Shown piece by piece: positions 25,965-35,900 of a stretch of 64,000 bases of DNA. Made by a program: the position numbers and the translations under genes. Each line of letters begins with the position of its first letter. Position 1 is the stretch's first letter. Origin of the DNA: a virus; the IMG/VR virus record IMGVR_UViG_3300036406_001149; one strand, written 5' to 3'. The notes beneath the pieces are model-generated. The model searched no databases, was not told the origin of the DNA, and was given only the letters and a program-made list of their open reading frames with translations.

Positions 25965-26480
25965 ATGAGTTGGAATACTGAAATTCCTATTATTGTTAGA
26001 ACTTTAATTAATGATTTAGAAGATCCTCCTATGTACTCGGATGAAAGACTATTACAGTCTATTACTGTAGCAGCTAAATATGTTCAATTCGATGTTGTAT
26101 TGGAACATCAATATGACGTAAATATAAGTGCAGGAACTATAAGTCCCGACCCAACAGAAGATAAGGATGAAATTTTTATCGCATTATTATCTCTAAAAGC
26201 AGCATGTATTGTTGACCAAAGCACCTTCAGAACCAAAGCCGCAACAGAAGGAGTGAGAGCAGCTTTAGGTCCAGCTCAATTATCGGTAGCTGGTAGTCTA
26301 AACGGATGGAAGACAATCTTAGATAAGGGGCCATGCGCTTTGTACGAGGAACTTACATCTCATTGGGATGTTAAAGATGCTGCAGCCGTGGCTGTTATTC
26401 TTAGTCCATTCGTTGGTAATAAATTTGATCCAAGATATTTACAAGACTCTAGTGATAGATCTAGATATTTTTACTCTTAA
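25965..26480 (+). CDS. Head-tail connector/adaptor-like protein
   Basis: VRTLINDLEDPPMYSDERL resembles gp6/gp15-like adaptor N-termini; start of the neck module. Confidence 0.5.
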   Translation: MSWNTEIPIIVRTLINDLEDPPMYSDERLLQSITVAAKYVQFDVVLEHQYDVNISAGTISPDPTEDKDEIFIALLSLKAACIVDQSTFRTKAATEGVRAALGPAQLSVAGSLNGWKTILDKGPCALYEELTSHWDVKDAAAVAVILSPFVGNKFDPRYLQDSSDRSRYFYS

Positions 26481-26497
26481 AAGGGATATCAATCATT

Positions 26498-26935
26498 ATG
26501 GCATCTGAATATAATTTTGACATCTCTAAAGGTAGTAGTTTAACAAAAACATTTGAGTATAAAAATTCAGACAATACCCCTATCAATTTAACAAATTGGC
26601 AAGCTCGTATCAGTGTTCAACCACTTGATGGACCAAATACGTCAGTTATTACTTATATGTCAGATAATCAAGATGCTATTTATTATCTTGTTGTTCAAGC
26701 ATCTACTGGAAGAATAGTATTTAAGTTACCGTCATCAACGACCTCAGAATACACATTCTCTACTGCTCTATATGATCTAGATCTTAAAGCTCCAAATGAA
26801 TTATATCCAGGAGCTGGAGATCAGATTGTTCAATTATTAAGAGGAACTATTACTATTCTTAATCCAAATATTATTATTCCAGAAGTTTTTATTCCAAAAT
26901 CATTCGATCCAGACGAATGCGCCTCGTGTGAGTAG
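26498..26935 (+). CDS. Virion beta-sandwich protein, paralog of 17402..17809
   Basis: Direct sequence similarity. Confidence 0.6.
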   Translation: MASEYNFDISKGSSLTKTFEYKNSDNTPINLTNWQARISVQPLDGPNTSVITYMSDNQDAIYYLVVQASTGRIVFKLPSSTTSEYTFSTALYDLDLKAPNELYPGAGDQIVQLLRGTITILNPNIIIPEVFIPKSFDPDECASCE

Positions 26936-26940
26936 AGTTT

Positions 26941-27225
26941 ATGCCAGATCCTATCATCAATGTATCATCTGATACAAAAATTGTAGCTATTGTTCAATCT
27001 GATCAGGATACTGTTCGCATATCCAATACTATAGTATCTACTGATGAAAATGTTAAAGTTGTTAATTCTATAGATGCTTTAGGTCTGAGTATTATATTAC
27101 CAACAGCAGCTCCTAATTCGTCATCGGAAATAGGCACACCAGGAGAGTTGAGATGGGACAATGATTATATATACATATGCTTGACATCATCATACTGGAA
27201 AAGAATACCATTAACAGAATTTTAA
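26941..27225 (+). CDS. Small virion protein with fibre-type C-terminal motif
   Basis: PNSSSEIGTPGELRWDNDYIYIC...WKRIPL. Confidence 0.6.
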   Translation: MPDPIINVSSDTKIVAIVQSDQDTVRISNTIVSTDENVKVVNSIDALGLSIILPTAAPNSSSEIGTPGELRWDNDYIYICLTSSYWKRIPLTEF

Positions 27226-27228
27226 TAT

Positions 27229-27744
27229 ATGTTTCATAATATTATTACTAAACAGTTTAAACAAATATACAATGACATGATAGATCATTTGATTAGCAAA
27301 GAGGGTCTTAGCACATCATGTAAATTAATATTTGATGGTACAAATAATAAGTTATGTCCAAATTGTATTTATGATCCTATAAATCAAAAATCTTTTAATA
27401 AATATAATGGAACAGGCCCTGTTAGTTTTGCTGATGGATCAGTATGCCCAGCTTGTTTAGGATTTGGTAAAACACAAACAACATCTGATATAGTAGTTAA
27501 TCTAGCTTTAATTTTAGATAGTAAGTATTGGTTGAACTGGGGACCAAATCATGTTAATATTCCAAATATTGCAGCACAAACTATTTGTGATATTTCTTTA
27601 TTACCAAATATATTATCTTGTAAAAACATGGTGGTAGTAGAAACAGAGTCATTCGTATCTGCAACATACTCAAAAGCAGGTTTTCCAACACCAATTGGGT
27701 TAGGAGATAAAAAATATATATTAACTAATTGGACTCAGCCATGA
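27229..27744 (+). CDS. Head-closure/neck protein with two CxxC motifs
   Basis: CPNC and CPAC; position in the neck module. Confidence 0.45.
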   Translation: MFHNIITKQFKQIYNDMIDHLISKEGLSTSCKLIFDGTNNKLCPNCIYDPINQKSFNKYNGTGPVSFADGSVCPACLGFGKTQTTSDIVVNLALILDSKYWLNWGPNHVNIPNIAAQTICDISLLPNILSCKNMVVVETESFVSATYSKAGFPTPIGLGDKKYILTNWTQP

Positions 27745-28385
27745 GAATCACAGCAGATTTATTAGAAAGTAATAATCAAATTTATGAAGCTATACTAAAT
27801 AATATTAAAAGTATATTAGATGTAGCTATAAATAAAAGTATTAATAATATTCGTGCTAATATTAGAAATTTAATTCAACAAAGAGTCACTAACGAGCCTG
27901 AGTATTTGTCTTTAAAAAATGGCAAATTAAGACTAGAATTTGGAATAGAAAATATAGATACTATAGATAAATTTATAGACTTAGTATTAAATACTCTTAA
28001 AGTTGAAACAAAACCAATTCAAGTTAATAAATTATCAGTATCTGGTGGTTTTCAATGTTCTTTTTTAGATAGAGACGAATTACAAAATTTAGTATCCTCA
28101 GAACCTGCATTGGTTTATGATAATAAAGGATATTATTTACCTTGGGCTAAATGGTTATTGCTTGAAGGAAATAAAAGAATCGTTAAACAATATGATGTTA
28201 GTCAACTTAATTCTAACAAATCTCGTTCGGGTATGGGATTTATGATAAGATCAGATACAGACTGGTTTGTTCCAAGAGAATTTGCCGGGTCTATTACAAA
28301 TAACTGGCTTTCTAGAGGTATTGGTAAAATAACAGAACAACAAATTACTAGTATCATACAAACGGAAATAGAGAAACAATTATGA
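27729..28385 (+). CDS. Neck/tail-completion protein (putative)
   Basis: Position; PWAKWLLLEG motif typical of such proteins. Confidence 0.4.
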   Translation: MDSAMRITADLLESNNQIYEAILNNIKSILDVAINKSINNIRANIRNLIQQRVTNEPEYLSLKNGKLRLEFGIENIDTIDKFIDLVLNTLKVETKPIQVNKLSVSGGFQCSFLDRDELQNLVSSEPALVYDNKGYYLPWAKWLLLEGNKRIVKQYDVSQLNSNKSRSGMGFMIRSDTDWFVPREFAGSITNNWLSRGIGKITEQQITSIIQTEIEKQL

Positions 28386-29335
28386 ATATTAGTAATAATA
28401 CTTTTTATGGTGTTACCAGCCTAAATCAAAATTTTTACACTTCTAGTATAGAAGATAATTTAAAATCTTATATTAATTATAATATGTTAAATATTGGAGG
28501 ATTTGTCAATGTTAATGTGCAAACCTCCGGTCTTTATAATAATATTACATTTGATAGATTGAAACCAATCAATGCTGTAGGACAAGATACTAATACTATC
28601 TGGCAAACACCAAAAAGAGATTGGGTCTGGGAGTCGGGCGTTTCTTTTAATAATTCTACTCCTAATGCTATTAGCGGAATCTATGTAAATAACACGCTCT
28701 ATCCTGCTCCAAGTGGTTCTGGCGCAATTACATATACTTTGGATTATCCTAACGGATCTGTAATTTTTGATAAACCTTTATCTAGTGCTACTAAAATTCA
28801 TATGGCATATAGTTACAGATGGTGCCAAGTTATCAAGTCTGTAGATAGTGAATGGAAATTATTGCAACAACTTACATATAAACCAACAGATACTACTAAA
28901 ACAAATCTTAGTAATATTTTAGGTGAACATAGACTACAGATGCCTTGTATTGTAATAGAACCAACCCCAAATACTTTCGACATTCCATACGAACTTGGTT
29001 CTCTAAAATCTTATAGGAATCAAGATGTTTTATTGCATGTTTATTCAGAAAATCTAAATGATAATAATAAAATTGTTGATATTTTAAGATTACAAAAAGA
29101 CAATAATATCGTGATGTACGATATTAAAAAACTAATCTCTGATAATGCATATCCATTAAAATATAATGGATCAATTAATCCTAGTGGATTAAACTATAGC
29201 GAAATTATTAATAACTCAGCATTTCATTGGAAAAAACTATATATTAAAGACATTAATTTAATTGATCAGCAAAAAAATACGGTCTCTGATCTTATATGGT
29301 GTATGCTTAGAATGACCGTCGAAGTCATCCTATAA
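28382..29335 (+). CDS. Tail terminator-like protein (putative)
   Basis: Immediately before the tail tube gene; QMPCIVIE...QDVLLHVYSE. Confidence 0.45.
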   Translation: MNISNNTFYGVTSLNQNFYTSSIEDNLKSYINYNMLNIGGFVNVNVQTSGLYNNITFDRLKPINAVGQDTNTIWQTPKRDWVWESGVSFNNSTPNAISGIYVNNTLYPAPSGSGAITYTLDYPNGSVIFDKPLSSATKIHMAYSYRWCQVIKSVDSEWKLLQQLTYKPTDTTKTNLSNILGEHRLQMPCIVIEPTPNTFDIPYELGSLKSYRNQDVLLHVYSENLNDNNKIVDILRLQKDNNIVMYDIKKLISDNAYPLKYNGSINPSGLNYSEIINNSAFHWKKLYIKDINLIDQQKNTVSDLIWCMLRMTVEVIL

Positions 29336-29357
29336 ATAATCTAACAAGGGTAAAATT

Positions 29358-30392
29358 ATGGCCAACAATCGTATATTCTATGCCGTTCAAGCAGTCAAAA
29401 TGAAGCCATGCACATCTGATGCTTCGTCTACAAGTTATGGTAGTGAAGTTATATTAAAGGGTATTCAAAGTGTTGGTATTACAACCAACTTTAATCTCGA
29501 ACAAGTTTACCAGTTAGGTCAACTAGAACTTTATGACAACGTTGAAGAAGTACCAGATATCGAGGTTACACTCAATAAAGTACTAGACGGAACAAGACTC
29601 GTATATAATACTGCCACAGACGGATCCAACAGTTCAGGTAATAATCTTGGACTTACCCAAATTGCTGATCGTAGATGTGACGTTGCTCTAGGTATTTATA
29701 ACGACACCGACGTTGGAACTTCCGGAGCAGCTACATATTATGTGGTTTGCACAGGTATGTATGTTTCTAGTGTTTCTTATAACCTAGTAACAGACGGAAA
29801 CTTTACAGAAGATGTAACTTTGGTTGGTAATCATAAAAAGTGGAGTCTCACTACTGGTTCTGGTATCAAGAACTTTAACTCTGGTGTTACAGACAATGGT
29901 TCACAGACCACTAAGGTTGCAAGACGTAGTGCTTTCAATAAAGACTTGTCTATTTTACCAACAGGCGATAATAATCTTCCAAGCACAGTTGGCGAATTAC
30001 ATATTAATAGTATTACTCTAAGTTGCAATCTTGGAAGAGAATCTATCAACGAGCTTGGTAGAAGATCTCCTTACTATCGTTATGTTAATTTCCCAGTAGA
30101 AGTAACATCAGAATTTGAAATTACAGCTACTCGCGGAGATCAAGTTGACGCTGACGATTTCGGAACACTAACTGGTTGTACAGCTGCTTCTGCAAGTAAT
30201 CTTACAGCTAAACAAATTAAGATTTTTGTATGCAGCTCCAACACCAATAGTGTTGATTATGTATTCGATTTAGGTACCAGAAATAAACTAACCAGCGTTA
30301 ACTATACTGGTGGTGAAACTGGTGGCGGTAATTCTACTATTACTTATAGCTATCAAACATTCAATGACTTTAAGGTCAGTGGTGTTGCCTGA
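29358..30392 (+). CDS. Major tail tube protein
   Basis: IQSVGITTNFNLEQVYQLGQ...PDIEVTLNK and LGRESINELGRRSPY...VEVTSEF two-repeat tube-like fold; position. Confidence 0.65.
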   Translation: MANNRIFYAVQAVKMKPCTSDASSTSYGSEVILKGIQSVGITTNFNLEQVYQLGQLELYDNVEEVPDIEVTLNKVLDGTRLVYNTATDGSNSSGNNLGLTQIADRRCDVALGIYNDTDVGTSGAATYYVVCTGMYVSSVSYNLVTDGNFTEDVTLVGNHKKWSLTTGSGIKNFNSGVTDNGSQTTKVARRSAFNKDLSILPTGDNNLPSTVGELHINSITLSCNLGRESINELGRRSPYYRYVNFPVEVTSEFEITATRGDQVDADDFGTLTGCTAASASNLTAKQIKIFVCSSNTNSVDYVFDLGTRNKLTSVNYTGGETGGGNSTITYSYQTFNDFKVSGVA

Positions 30393-30416
30393 TAAGTAAT
30401 CGGCAGAGAGACATAA

Positions 30417-30439
30417 GCGCCATAAGTTGTTTATGGCGC
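30417..30439 (+). terminator. Perfect 9-bp hairpin after the tail tube gene
   Basis: GCGCCATAA-gttgt-TTATGGCGC; no U-tract, so possibly a processing or stabilising stem. Confidence 0.4.
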
Positions 30440-30462
30440 AGGAACTATTAAGGAGGACACTA

Positions 30463-30621
30463 ATGGATCAAGATTATATATTTACTATTATAGGAAAACT
30501 CTATATTGATATCACGAATGCTCAGAAGATTATAGAAGGTCTTCAGATGAAGCTTAAAGAAAAAGATAAGATTATTCAGGAATATCAACATAAAGAATCT
30601 CTAGGACATGCAGAAGGATAA
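30463..30621 (+). CDS. 52-aa coiled-coil protein
   Basis: AAGGAGG RBS before ATG 30463, in frame with track ORF 30427..30621. Confidence 0.6.
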   Translation: MDQDYIFTIIGKLYIDITNAQKIIEGLQMKLKEKDKIIQEYQHKESLGHAEG

Positions 30622-31633
30622 TATTCCATTATTAGTACATAGAATTATTTCTGGTAAATTATATATTACTATTAATGATATCAGATACACAGTACATGCT
30701 CCGAACGCTGATCAAAAGTATGAAGCAGAACTATTCTATGAATCTGTTATAGAAGATAATAAATATGACACATGGTTTAGAAAAGAAAATATTCTAAATA
30801 TATTAAAATATGTAGGATTATGGGATAATGATGACGATATTATGCTAACAGATACAGAAAAAAAAATAGAAACACTAAAACATAATTTATATACCAATAG
30901 ATTATTAGCAGAAAAAACCAAAAATATCAGACAAGATTTAACAGAGAAAAAACAGTTTTTAGATAAATTACTAAACCGTAAACACAGTTTAGACTATTTA
31001 ACTCTAGAAGATTACGCTAATATTAGAAAAAATGAATATCTAATAGTACATAACACGTACGGATTAAATAATCAGTTAATTTTTTCTGATGCTGCAAATA
31101 TAGATACTAAATTATTTTTTGCTATTAGCACTAATATTAGTGAAAGCTTTATCTCTATTGAACAGTATAAGACTATAGCAAAACATGAATATTGGAAAAA
31201 TATTTGGAATAGCAATAAAAACCACCTTTTTACCGGCCCAGCATGTCTCTATACTGATGAACAAAAAACACTAATTAATATTAGCTTAATGTATGATCGT
31301 ATATATGAACATCCAGAATGTCCAGATGAATCAGTAGTCAATGATGATGATATGTTAGATGGATGGATGATAGATCAGAAGAAAAAGAATGAAGAAAAGA
31401 AAAAAGAAAATAATGCTAAAGATTTAGTGAATAAACATAAGAATGCAAAAGAAATTTTTATAGTTAGCGACCCAAATGATGCAAATTCTGTGTATAGTAT
31501 GAATACCGGACAATCAAGAAGTATAATCAAGCAAAGAGCTGGAGCCATAGCCAAGGCACAAGAAGGATTAGACGAGTTTAGATTACCGGATGTTCAACAA
31601 GACCTAATGCTAAAAAGAAACAGTAGAGGATAA
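30608..31633 (+). CDS. Tail assembly chaperone-like protein (paralog of 31941..32825)
   Basis: GLWDNDDD...RKHSLDYLTLEDYANIRKNEYLI aligns with GLWNDEKQ...VRTSLDNHSAEGQADNARFNYLV. Confidence 0.5.
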   Translation: MQKDNIPLLVHRIISGKLYITINDIRYTVHAPNADQKYEAELFYESVIEDNKYDTWFRKENILNILKYVGLWDNDDDIMLTDTEKKIETLKHNLYTNRLLAEKTKNIRQDLTEKKQFLDKLLNRKHSLDYLTLEDYANIRKNEYLIVHNTYGLNNQLIFSDAANIDTKLFFAISTNISESFISIEQYKTIAKHEYWKNIWNSNKNHLFTGPACLYTDEQKTLINISLMYDRIYEHPECPDESVVNDDDMLDGWMIDQKKKNEEKKKENNAKDLVNKHKNAKEIFIVSDPNDANSVYSMNTGQSRSIIKQRAGAIAKAQEGLDEFRLPDVQQDLMLKRNSRG

Positions 31634-31635
31634 TT

Positions 31636-31944
31636 ATGGATAAAGACTATATACTATATCTAGCAACTAAAAAACTTGAAACCACAATGATAGGCTCTTT
31701 GGCCAGATTTGAGGATGCTTTTGGAAATTTGTGGGGACATAATAAAAACTATGATCAACCACTCACAGAAAGAGAAATAGAATACGAAAATATTTGGACA
31801 GATACTCGGAACAGAATTCTAGATCATGGCAATAAACAAATTAGAGCCATGGTTAATGATTTGAAAAAAGTGTTAAATGATAAACTACAAACTAAATATA
31901 CCTATAAATTTCACGTTAATAATCCCCAGGAGAATCAGGAATGA
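31636..31944 (+). CDS. 102-aa hypothetical protein
   Basis: ORF track; GAGGA RBS; coupled to neighbours. Confidence 0.6.
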   Translation: MDKDYILYLATKKLETTMIGSLARFEDAFGNLWGHNKNYDQPLTEREIEYENIWTDTRNRILDHGNKQIRAMVNDLKKVLNDKLQTKYTYKFHVNNPQENQE

Positions 31945-32825
31945 ATACTAGAACTTTTAGTGCCGTTGTAGACAATAAAGAAATCTGGCTTACTGCTAAA
32001 AGCCCATCTTTAAATGATCAGAGAGAAGCTCAAAAAATTTATAATCAAGCCTTTACAGACGCTATTAAGTCCAAGAGCGTGGTAAGAGCCAAGCTAGATG
32101 ACTTGCTCAAAGACCAGGGACTATGGAATGATGAAAAACAGGCTAAGTTTACAGAATTACAGAAAGAATTATTGGAAGGAGAGAAAAAGTTAGCTAAAGG
32201 AGGTATCTCTTTAAGAGAAGCTAGAGAATTAGCTTTGAGAATGAAAAAACTTAGAGAAGATATCAGAGATCTGATCAGTGTTAGAACATCTTTAGACAAC
32301 CATAGTGCAGAAGGTCAAGCAGATAATGCAAGATTCAATTATCTTGTATCCGTATGTGTGGTGTATAAAGATACTAATGATAAATATTTTAATAATTTAG
32401 AAGATTACCTAAATAGAGCAGATGACCCTGTAGCTATGCTAGGTGCTCAAAATTTGGCTAATATGCTCTACGGATTGGATAATGACTTTGAAAAGAATTT
32501 ACCAGAAAATAAATTTTTACATAAATATAAGTTTGTTAATAGTGAATTAAGACTTATAGACAAAAAGGGTAGGTTGATTGATGCTGATGGTAGGCTTGTT
32601 GATGACAGAGGAAGATACATAGACGAAGAAGGAAATTTTGTAGATAGATTTGGTAATAAGATGAGCGAGACTGGAGAATACATAGTTGATGCACAACCGT
32701 TTTTTGATGATGATGGAAAACCAGTTATCCCCACAGAAGAAGACAAGAAAACTAATGAAGCACCAAAAGACCCAGAGCCCGTTGTTCAACAACCTGTTGC
32801 TGACAACACAGTCAAAGAATCCTAA
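31941..32825 (+). CDS. Tail assembly chaperone-like protein with C-terminal DxxG repeats
   Basis: Directly upstream of the tape measure gene; coiled coil; LIDKKGRLIDADGRLVDDRGRYIDEEGNFVDRFG. Confidence 0.55.
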   Translation: MNTRTFSAVVDNKEIWLTAKSPSLNDQREAQKIYNQAFTDAIKSKSVVRAKLDDLLKDQGLWNDEKQAKFTELQKELLEGEKKLAKGGISLREARELALRMKKLREDIRDLISVRTSLDNHSAEGQADNARFNYLVSVCVVYKDTNDKYFNNLEDYLNRADDPVAMLGAQNLANMLYGLDNDFEKNLPENKFLHKYKFVNSELRLIDKKGRLIDADGRLVDDRGRYIDEEGNFVDRFGNKMSETGEYIVDAQPFFDDDGKPVIPTEEDKKTNEAPKDPEPVVQQPVADNTVKES

Positions 32826-32859
32826 GATTATTCTTCATTTATTGTCTTATATAATAATG

Positions 32860-32900
32860 ACACCATGTTTCTATTTAGTTACATGGTGTTGTTGTTTTTA
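32860..32900 (+). terminator. Hairpin plus T-rich tract just before the tape measure gene
   Basis: ACACCATGT-N12-ACATGGTGT then TGTTGTTTTT, ending about 15 nt before ATG 32915. Confidence 0.4.
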
Positions 32901-32914
32901 TGGAGTAATTAAGC

Positions 32915-35900
32915 ATGGCTAGTACTTTTAACCTTACTGCACAACTTAACCTAAGAGGTCCTGCTAATATTAGAGCTGTTGTAGCTAATATTAGAAGACA
33001 AATAGGTACTATTGATGCTAATGTTAATATTGTTGTAAATCCTGCTGCGGTACGTAATTCTACAGCACTTAATACGGCACTAGTAAGACTAAACACCACA
33101 TTACAAACTACTACTGTTAATGCTACCAGTGCTGCCAATGCCATTAATGCATTAGTAGCATCAATGACTTCTGCTTCTAGTCTTAGACCGCCACCAGCTT
33201 TAGTCAATATGCCAGGAACACTAGCTTCTATAGGAGACGCTGCTAGACCGATTGGAACAACTATAGAAACAGCAACTGGTGAAATTACTAATTTCGGTAG
33301 ACAAGCAGGATTAGCTGTTAGAAGATTCTCAGCTTTTGCTGCAACGACAGGTATTATTTATTCGTTTACTAATGCTATTAATAGTGGATTAAAAGCGTAT
33401 ATAGAATTTGATAAACAATTAACAAGATTATCACAGGTAACAGAAGAGAGTCGATCAGGACTTACGGGCCTTACCAATAATATTACTAGTTTGGCTACAT
33501 CTCTTGGCGTTAGTTCATCAGAGCTAGCTAATGTATCAGTCACGCTTGCTCAGGCTGGTTTAAGTGCACAGGATACATCCAAAGCTTTAAAAGCGTTAGC
33601 TCTTAGTGCTTTGGCCCCATCTTTCGATCAATTAAATGATACCGTAGAAGGTAGTATCGCATTGATGAGACAGTTCGGTATTAGCGCAGGGGATTTAGAA
33701 GGAGCACTAGGCTCCATAAACTCAGTTGCTGCTAAATTTGCCGTTGAAGCTTCTGACCTTATTACAGCTATTCAAAGAACCGGTGGTGTGTTCGCATCAG
33801 CTAGTCGCGGAGTTAGTGAAGGCACAGATGCTTTAAATGAATTCTTAGCAATTTTTACCAGTATTAGAGCTACTACTCGTGAAAGCGCAGAAACTATTGC
33901 AACAGGTTTAAGAACTATTTTTACTAGAATTCAAAGAGCAGAAACTATAGACGCTCTAAAAGAATTCGGAGTTGTACTTACAGACCTTGAAGGTAAGTTC
34001 GTAGGACCATTCGTAGCCGTACAAAGATTAGCAGAGGGCTTAGGAAGATTAGATCCAAGAGATTTAAAATTCTCACAGATAGTTGAAGAGCTTGGAGGTT
34101 TTAGACAAATAGGTAAAGTGTTACCACTTATTCAACAATTCGCCACTGCTCAAGAAGCATTAGCGGTTGCTCAAGCTGGACAAGGATCTTTGGCGACTGA
34201 CGCAGCTAAAGGACAATTAGCATTAGCAGTACAAATTCAAAAAGTGAGAGAAGAGTTTGCAGCACTAATACGAAGTATCGGAGAAACAGATAGTTTCCGT
34301 ACAATGATTACACTAGGTTTGGATTTAGCTAGTGCTTTAATAAAAGTTGCTGACGCAACCAAAGGAGTGCTACCATTAGTAGGTTTGATGGCCGCATTCA
34401 AAGGTATTAGTGGTATTACGCAATTTGCTACTGGATTTGCTGGAGGACTTAGAGGCACTCCAGCTACACAAACCAGAAGATTTGCTACTGGTGGTTATGT
34501 TCCCGGTTCCGGAAACAGCGACACTGTACCAGCAAGATTGACTCCAGGAGAATTTGTAATTCGTAAAAAAGCTGTAGAAGCTATTGGCGTTGGTAAATTA
34601 CAGGCTTTGAATAGAAATGCTGGCGGACCAATATCCATTCAGAGATCTAGTATTGGCAGAGGACCTGTCCAGAAATTTAGTGTAGGAGGAAGCCCTGAAA
34701 CACAAACAAATAATGAGTTAACTACTCATAGAACTCATATAGGTCCTAAAATAGCATTATCTCCAAAACAAGCAAAACTAGCAAGATCCTATGGATACAG
34801 CCAGTCTTACGCAGCGTTAGGAGCAGAAAGACAAATTGACTTTGCTCCGTATCTCCCAGCAGTTTGGAATGAACAATGGAGAAGAGGCGGATCAAATAAA
34901 GGAGTTGCTCTTTCTGAAATCCTTAATTATGTTAATCCAAGATCACCAGAACAACTATTTGGTAGAGGAGGTATTCCTTCGTTACTTTATAATAAATTAT
35001 CTAGAAGAAACCAATTACTGCCTTTAAAAAATGTTTTCTTATCCGGATTAAGAGCAGCTCCTTCACTTATTCAAAAAGATTCTCAACTAGATTTTATCTT
35101 GCCAAATTATATTAAACCATTTTTAGATTCATTAGATCTATGGTCACCATTAGCTGAAAAACAAACCTTAACTATTCCTAGAAAATTTTCAGGAACTGAT
35201 GTTTTTAAGACCTTGTTAGACAAAGGAGTTCTTAAAACAAAAGTAAGAACTACTACACCAGGTATTCGTAAATCTTTAGCTCAGGATTTAGGAAATACTT
35301 TTGCCAATGGTGGTTCTATAAGAGCATTCGCTGAAGCAGGAGCAGTGTCTGCTACAGGTGGCAAGCCAGCAACTGCCTCGGAAATACTCAGGGTATTAGG
35401 AGCACAAAAAGCTGCGGCTGCTGGTGGAATATCTTCAACAGATGTATATACTTTACTTAAAAAACAAAAATTAACACCAGAACAGGAAGCAAGTAAAAAA
35501 GCTATTTTTGCAGAATTTACTAAACAACAAAATAGATTATCTGGAGCACAAAAGGCTAAAACCACCAGAGCAGAATCCAAAGGACTAGTATTTGGCGCTG
35601 CTGGTATGATGGGATCCGCATTTGCTCCTATTAATAAGACTATTAATTCTAATTTATTAAAATCTCCGGTGAGTGTGAGGATTGTTAGTGGACTTATGAA
35701 TCCAGATACAGCAGCTTCTCTGGACCAGTCTTTTTCTTCCTCTGTTAACAAAACTGCCAAACAAGCTGCTAAAAAAGTAATGGTGGCTGATATTTTATCT
35801 AATCTTGGTCTTGGTAGAGAATTGAATTTGGATTTTGACAGAACATTAGCTTTTGGAGCAGATAAAGTGTTGGCTGATCCAAAAACTCCAAAGTTTGCTG

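Noticed and set aside
28382-30392. Contractile tail sheath
   Set aside because: No sheath-sized gene with sheath motifs next to the tube gene within this window.
30850-32760. Programmed -1 frameshift in chaperone genes (A-run near 30858; GGAAAAC near 32716)
   Set aside because: No canonical XXXYYYZ site near an ORF end leading into a convincing overlapping frame.
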